From Chiloscyllium plagiosum (lineage: Eukaryota): a DNA stretch of 64,000 nt. Location: the NCBI RefSeq assembly GCF_004010195.1, contig NC_057719.1, forward strand, positions 2,017,280 to 2,081,279, read 5' to 3'. The position numbers and the translations under genes were made by a program. The notes under the pieces are model-generated. The model did no database searches, was not told the origin of the DNA, and was given only the letters and a program-made list of their open reading frames with translations. This document shows, piece after piece, positions 61,157 to 64,000 of the stretch (position 1 is the stretch's first letter; each line of letters begins with the position of its first letter).

Positions 61157-61914
61157 TCATTTGAAAGATGGCCCTTTACTCCTTTAATGCAGTATTGAGG
61201 TCGGCCTGGGTTACCTGCTCAAGTCTCTGGAATATGACTGCAGCCTCTGACCAATCCTCATGATGAATTGCAGGACAAGGTGCAGGGGTTAATTTGCTAC
61301 CTGTGGGAGTCAGAGAGGGCAGTGCTAGCCTATGCTTTGTGATGGGTGAGTGCAGGTCCAGGTATTGTGTGCTAATTTAACAAAGACATTCCAAACAGTG
61401 ATTGATTTATGATTAACATCAAATGTTGTCACTTGGTTTCGGAGCAGGGTAATGTATGAATCTTACTGCATCCACTTTAATTTTGTAAAACACTGGTCTG
61501 TGTCTAGAACTGAACATTTGAACTTAGTGATTCAGTCAGTTTCAGGTGATGAATTGAGTATCAGAGATGAAGCTTAATTTTTCCTGGTAGGCAAGTGACA
61601 GTAATAACATCTGTACATGAGGGGTGACATTGAACAGACTTGTAACAGTCATTGTTCTTACCTAGAATAGCAGTGTCTTAGGAACATGCTTGGAACGTTT
61701 TCATCTATTAGTTTTAGTTATTGTCTCATTCATACAGACCTGCTCAATGTTTCTCTCTCAACTAACAGAATTAAAAATTATGACTTGGTCACTGTCATTT
61801 TGTTTGGATGCTTGCTATGCACGAATTGATTGACATATTTTCTCCTTTGTAACATAGAGTCCCTACAGTGTGGAAGCATTGAGTCCAAAAGAGCACCCCA
61901 CTCCAACATACCAA

Positions 61915-62282
61915 CTCCGGTTTCCTCCCACAGTCCAAACATGTGAAGGTCAGGTGAATTGGTCATGCTAAATTGGCCATTGTGTTCGGTGTAGTAGTCA
62001 GAGGGAAATGGGTCTGGGTGAGTTACTCTTCAGAGGGTTGGTGTGGACTGGTTGGGCCGAAGGGCCTGTTTCCACACTGTAGGGAATCTAATCTATCCCT
62101 GTAACCCCACATTTCCCATGGCCAATCCATCCATCCTGCACATCTTTGGACCTGTGGGAAGAAACCCACACAGACACAGGGAGAATGTGCAAACTCCATA
62201 CAGACAATTGCCCGAGGCTGGAATCGAACCCAGGTCCCTGGCTCTGTGAGGCAGCAGTGCTAACCACTGACTCACCGTGCCA
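61915..62282. mobile_element. Tail-to-tail HE1 SINE fragments
   Basis: Plus-strand 3' half runs to ~62095; minus-strand copy has its A and B boxes ending ~62280. Confidence 0.85.
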
Positions 62283-62499
62283 CCTGGTAATGGCCACACA
62301 TAGTACTGTATTTGCTTTGGAAATCCTTAAGGCTGCTACAAACGCAAGTCTCTCACTGAATGATATCGTTCTACACTATAGGGCATTATATCTATAAACA
62401 CTTTATCATTCACTATGGGTGTCTGAAAGTAAACACATTGTATGATGTCCTTTTTTTGAACTGCTTTAAGCAGAATAAGCAAATACCGGTATTTCCATT

Positions 62500-62790
62500 A
62501 TACCTCTCACAACTTCCAGAAGTCCCCAAGTGTGCTGTAACCTATGAAGTAATGTGCAAAACGTGGAGTTCAATTTGCACAGAGCAAGCTCCAATGAATA
62601 CTGAGATAATTACCTGTTTGGTGGTGTTAGTTGGTGGATAAGTGTTGGTTGGGGAAAAGTCCCCTGTTCTTCTTTGAAGTAATACCCATGAAATGTTTTA
62701 CTTGCACCTGAGGGGGTAGATGGAGCCTCTGCTTAGCTTTTCCTGTGAAAGGTGGTAATCTTAACAACACCATGTCATTCCTGTGCTGGG
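62500..62790 (-). mobile_element. DeuSINE remnant
   Basis: caatttgcacagagcaagctcc...tcccctgttcttctttgaa...cacctgagggggtagatggagcctc matches the reverse complement of the Deu domain as I recall it. Confidence 0.6.
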
Positions 62791-64000
62791 GTTCCAACCC
62801 TGAACTCGTACCCACTACCTTCGGACTTGGAAACAGAGGGGATTATACAAATGCAAATATTTATCTTTTGCAGTTTTTACAGGGTCAGGTAGTGATATAC
62901 TTGAAGCATTTTATTTCAGAAAAAAATGCACACTCACTTTGTGTGTGAGGGTAATGTTCGAGAATTAGAGCCAAGTCTCCATTTAAACAGTGTAATCAGC
63001 ACAGACCATCCGTGGTGAAAATCACTGTGTTTACTGAAGGTAATAGCAGTTTGAGCCTTCCATTAGAGCGAGACTGTAAGAGTACAGTACTCCAAGGCTA
63101 AATGACAGCTTCTTTGAGGCACAATTGTGAGCTTGGCTCGCGTTGCTAGGATGCAATTTAATAGTCTCTTTGAGTAAGTGATTATGCCCCCTGGACAGAT
63201 ACTCCAGGAGCTGTGCACCTGTGCAGTGATCACTTGGGGATAGAGCTCCTGACTAACCTCTTGCGAAAACTGTTTTGCATGTAGTTCTGTTCAATTTGAA
63301 ACTTCGAGGGAAAATCTGAGACAAAAAAAATCAGTTTTGAAATATGAAAATATTTTTGCCACAATTAGAATGTCATTTGATGTCCTATATAATTGCCTGT
63401 GTGCATGAATGCATCACAGGTATGTGTGTACTATGTAAGGCTGAGAGTATAGGTGCTTTGAACTGCTGCCAATTTTGACTTTATTATAGCGCCAGATTTA
63501 CCCACTGTCCGATTGTTGGGTGAGAGTTGTGGTTTGAGTGCGCTATGTATCTTCCTGTGTGTAGTGCTGGGAAAATTAATTTTCTGCACTGTGTAAATTT
63601 GCTCATTTTGTCTATTCAAGACACACCTGATATTCAGACAACTTAAGTGATTCAGCCTGTTTGAATCCCTACAATGCAGAGAGAGGCCATTCGGCCCATT
63701 GAGTCTGCACCAACCCTCCAAAGAGCATCCCAACCAGACCAAGTGAACTTGAATAAGTTGCTGTCAGAGTCTCTTAAAACATTTTGGGTTGTACTTGTTC
63801 TTTCCGCTCATGAGACATCCCATAGTTACCTTGAGAAGGTGACAGTGTGTCACCTCATTGAACTGCTGCTACTATCTGCTTCAGAGCCCAGTTAACAGTG
63901 AACTGCTCGATGTGCGACTGAAATCACATGAGTGAATAAAGATTGATTCCTTCCCTCAAAAGAAACCTGTTTGGGTTTTCTTTTAGACCATAAGACATAG

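Overview
Eukaryotic (vertebrate) genomic DNA from a gapped assembly. The repeat content (HE1-type tRNA SINEs, CR1 and L2-like LINEs, DeuSINE remnants, Penelope-like fragments) points to an elasmobranch (shark); this is inference. The only host protein-coding sequence I can support is the 5' end of a Jagged (Notch ligand) gene on the minus strand: a signal-peptide exon (9109-9177), a 167-bp GT-AG intron, and a 300-bp MNNL/C2-domain exon (8642-8941). A CpG/CCAAT/NRF1-like promoter candidate lies at about 10.6-10.9 kb. Bases 1-8641 are intron 2 and the rest is repeat-dense upstream DNA. That DNA holds a near full-length decayed CR1 with ORF1 and ORF2, solo-LTR-like elements, three large tandem arrays (70-bp, 33-bp, and a 62-bp higher-order repeat), and many short Penelope-derived elements. 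The most striking hidden signal is a set of minimal hammerhead-ribozyme motifs (CUGAnGA-A-stem II-GAAA-palindromic stem III-UH) in three sequence families. One family often occurs as TSD-flanked palindromic insertions and is linked in the window to a Penelope GIY-YIG ORF remnant. Almost all ORFs in the supplied track are repeat-derived or gap artefacts.
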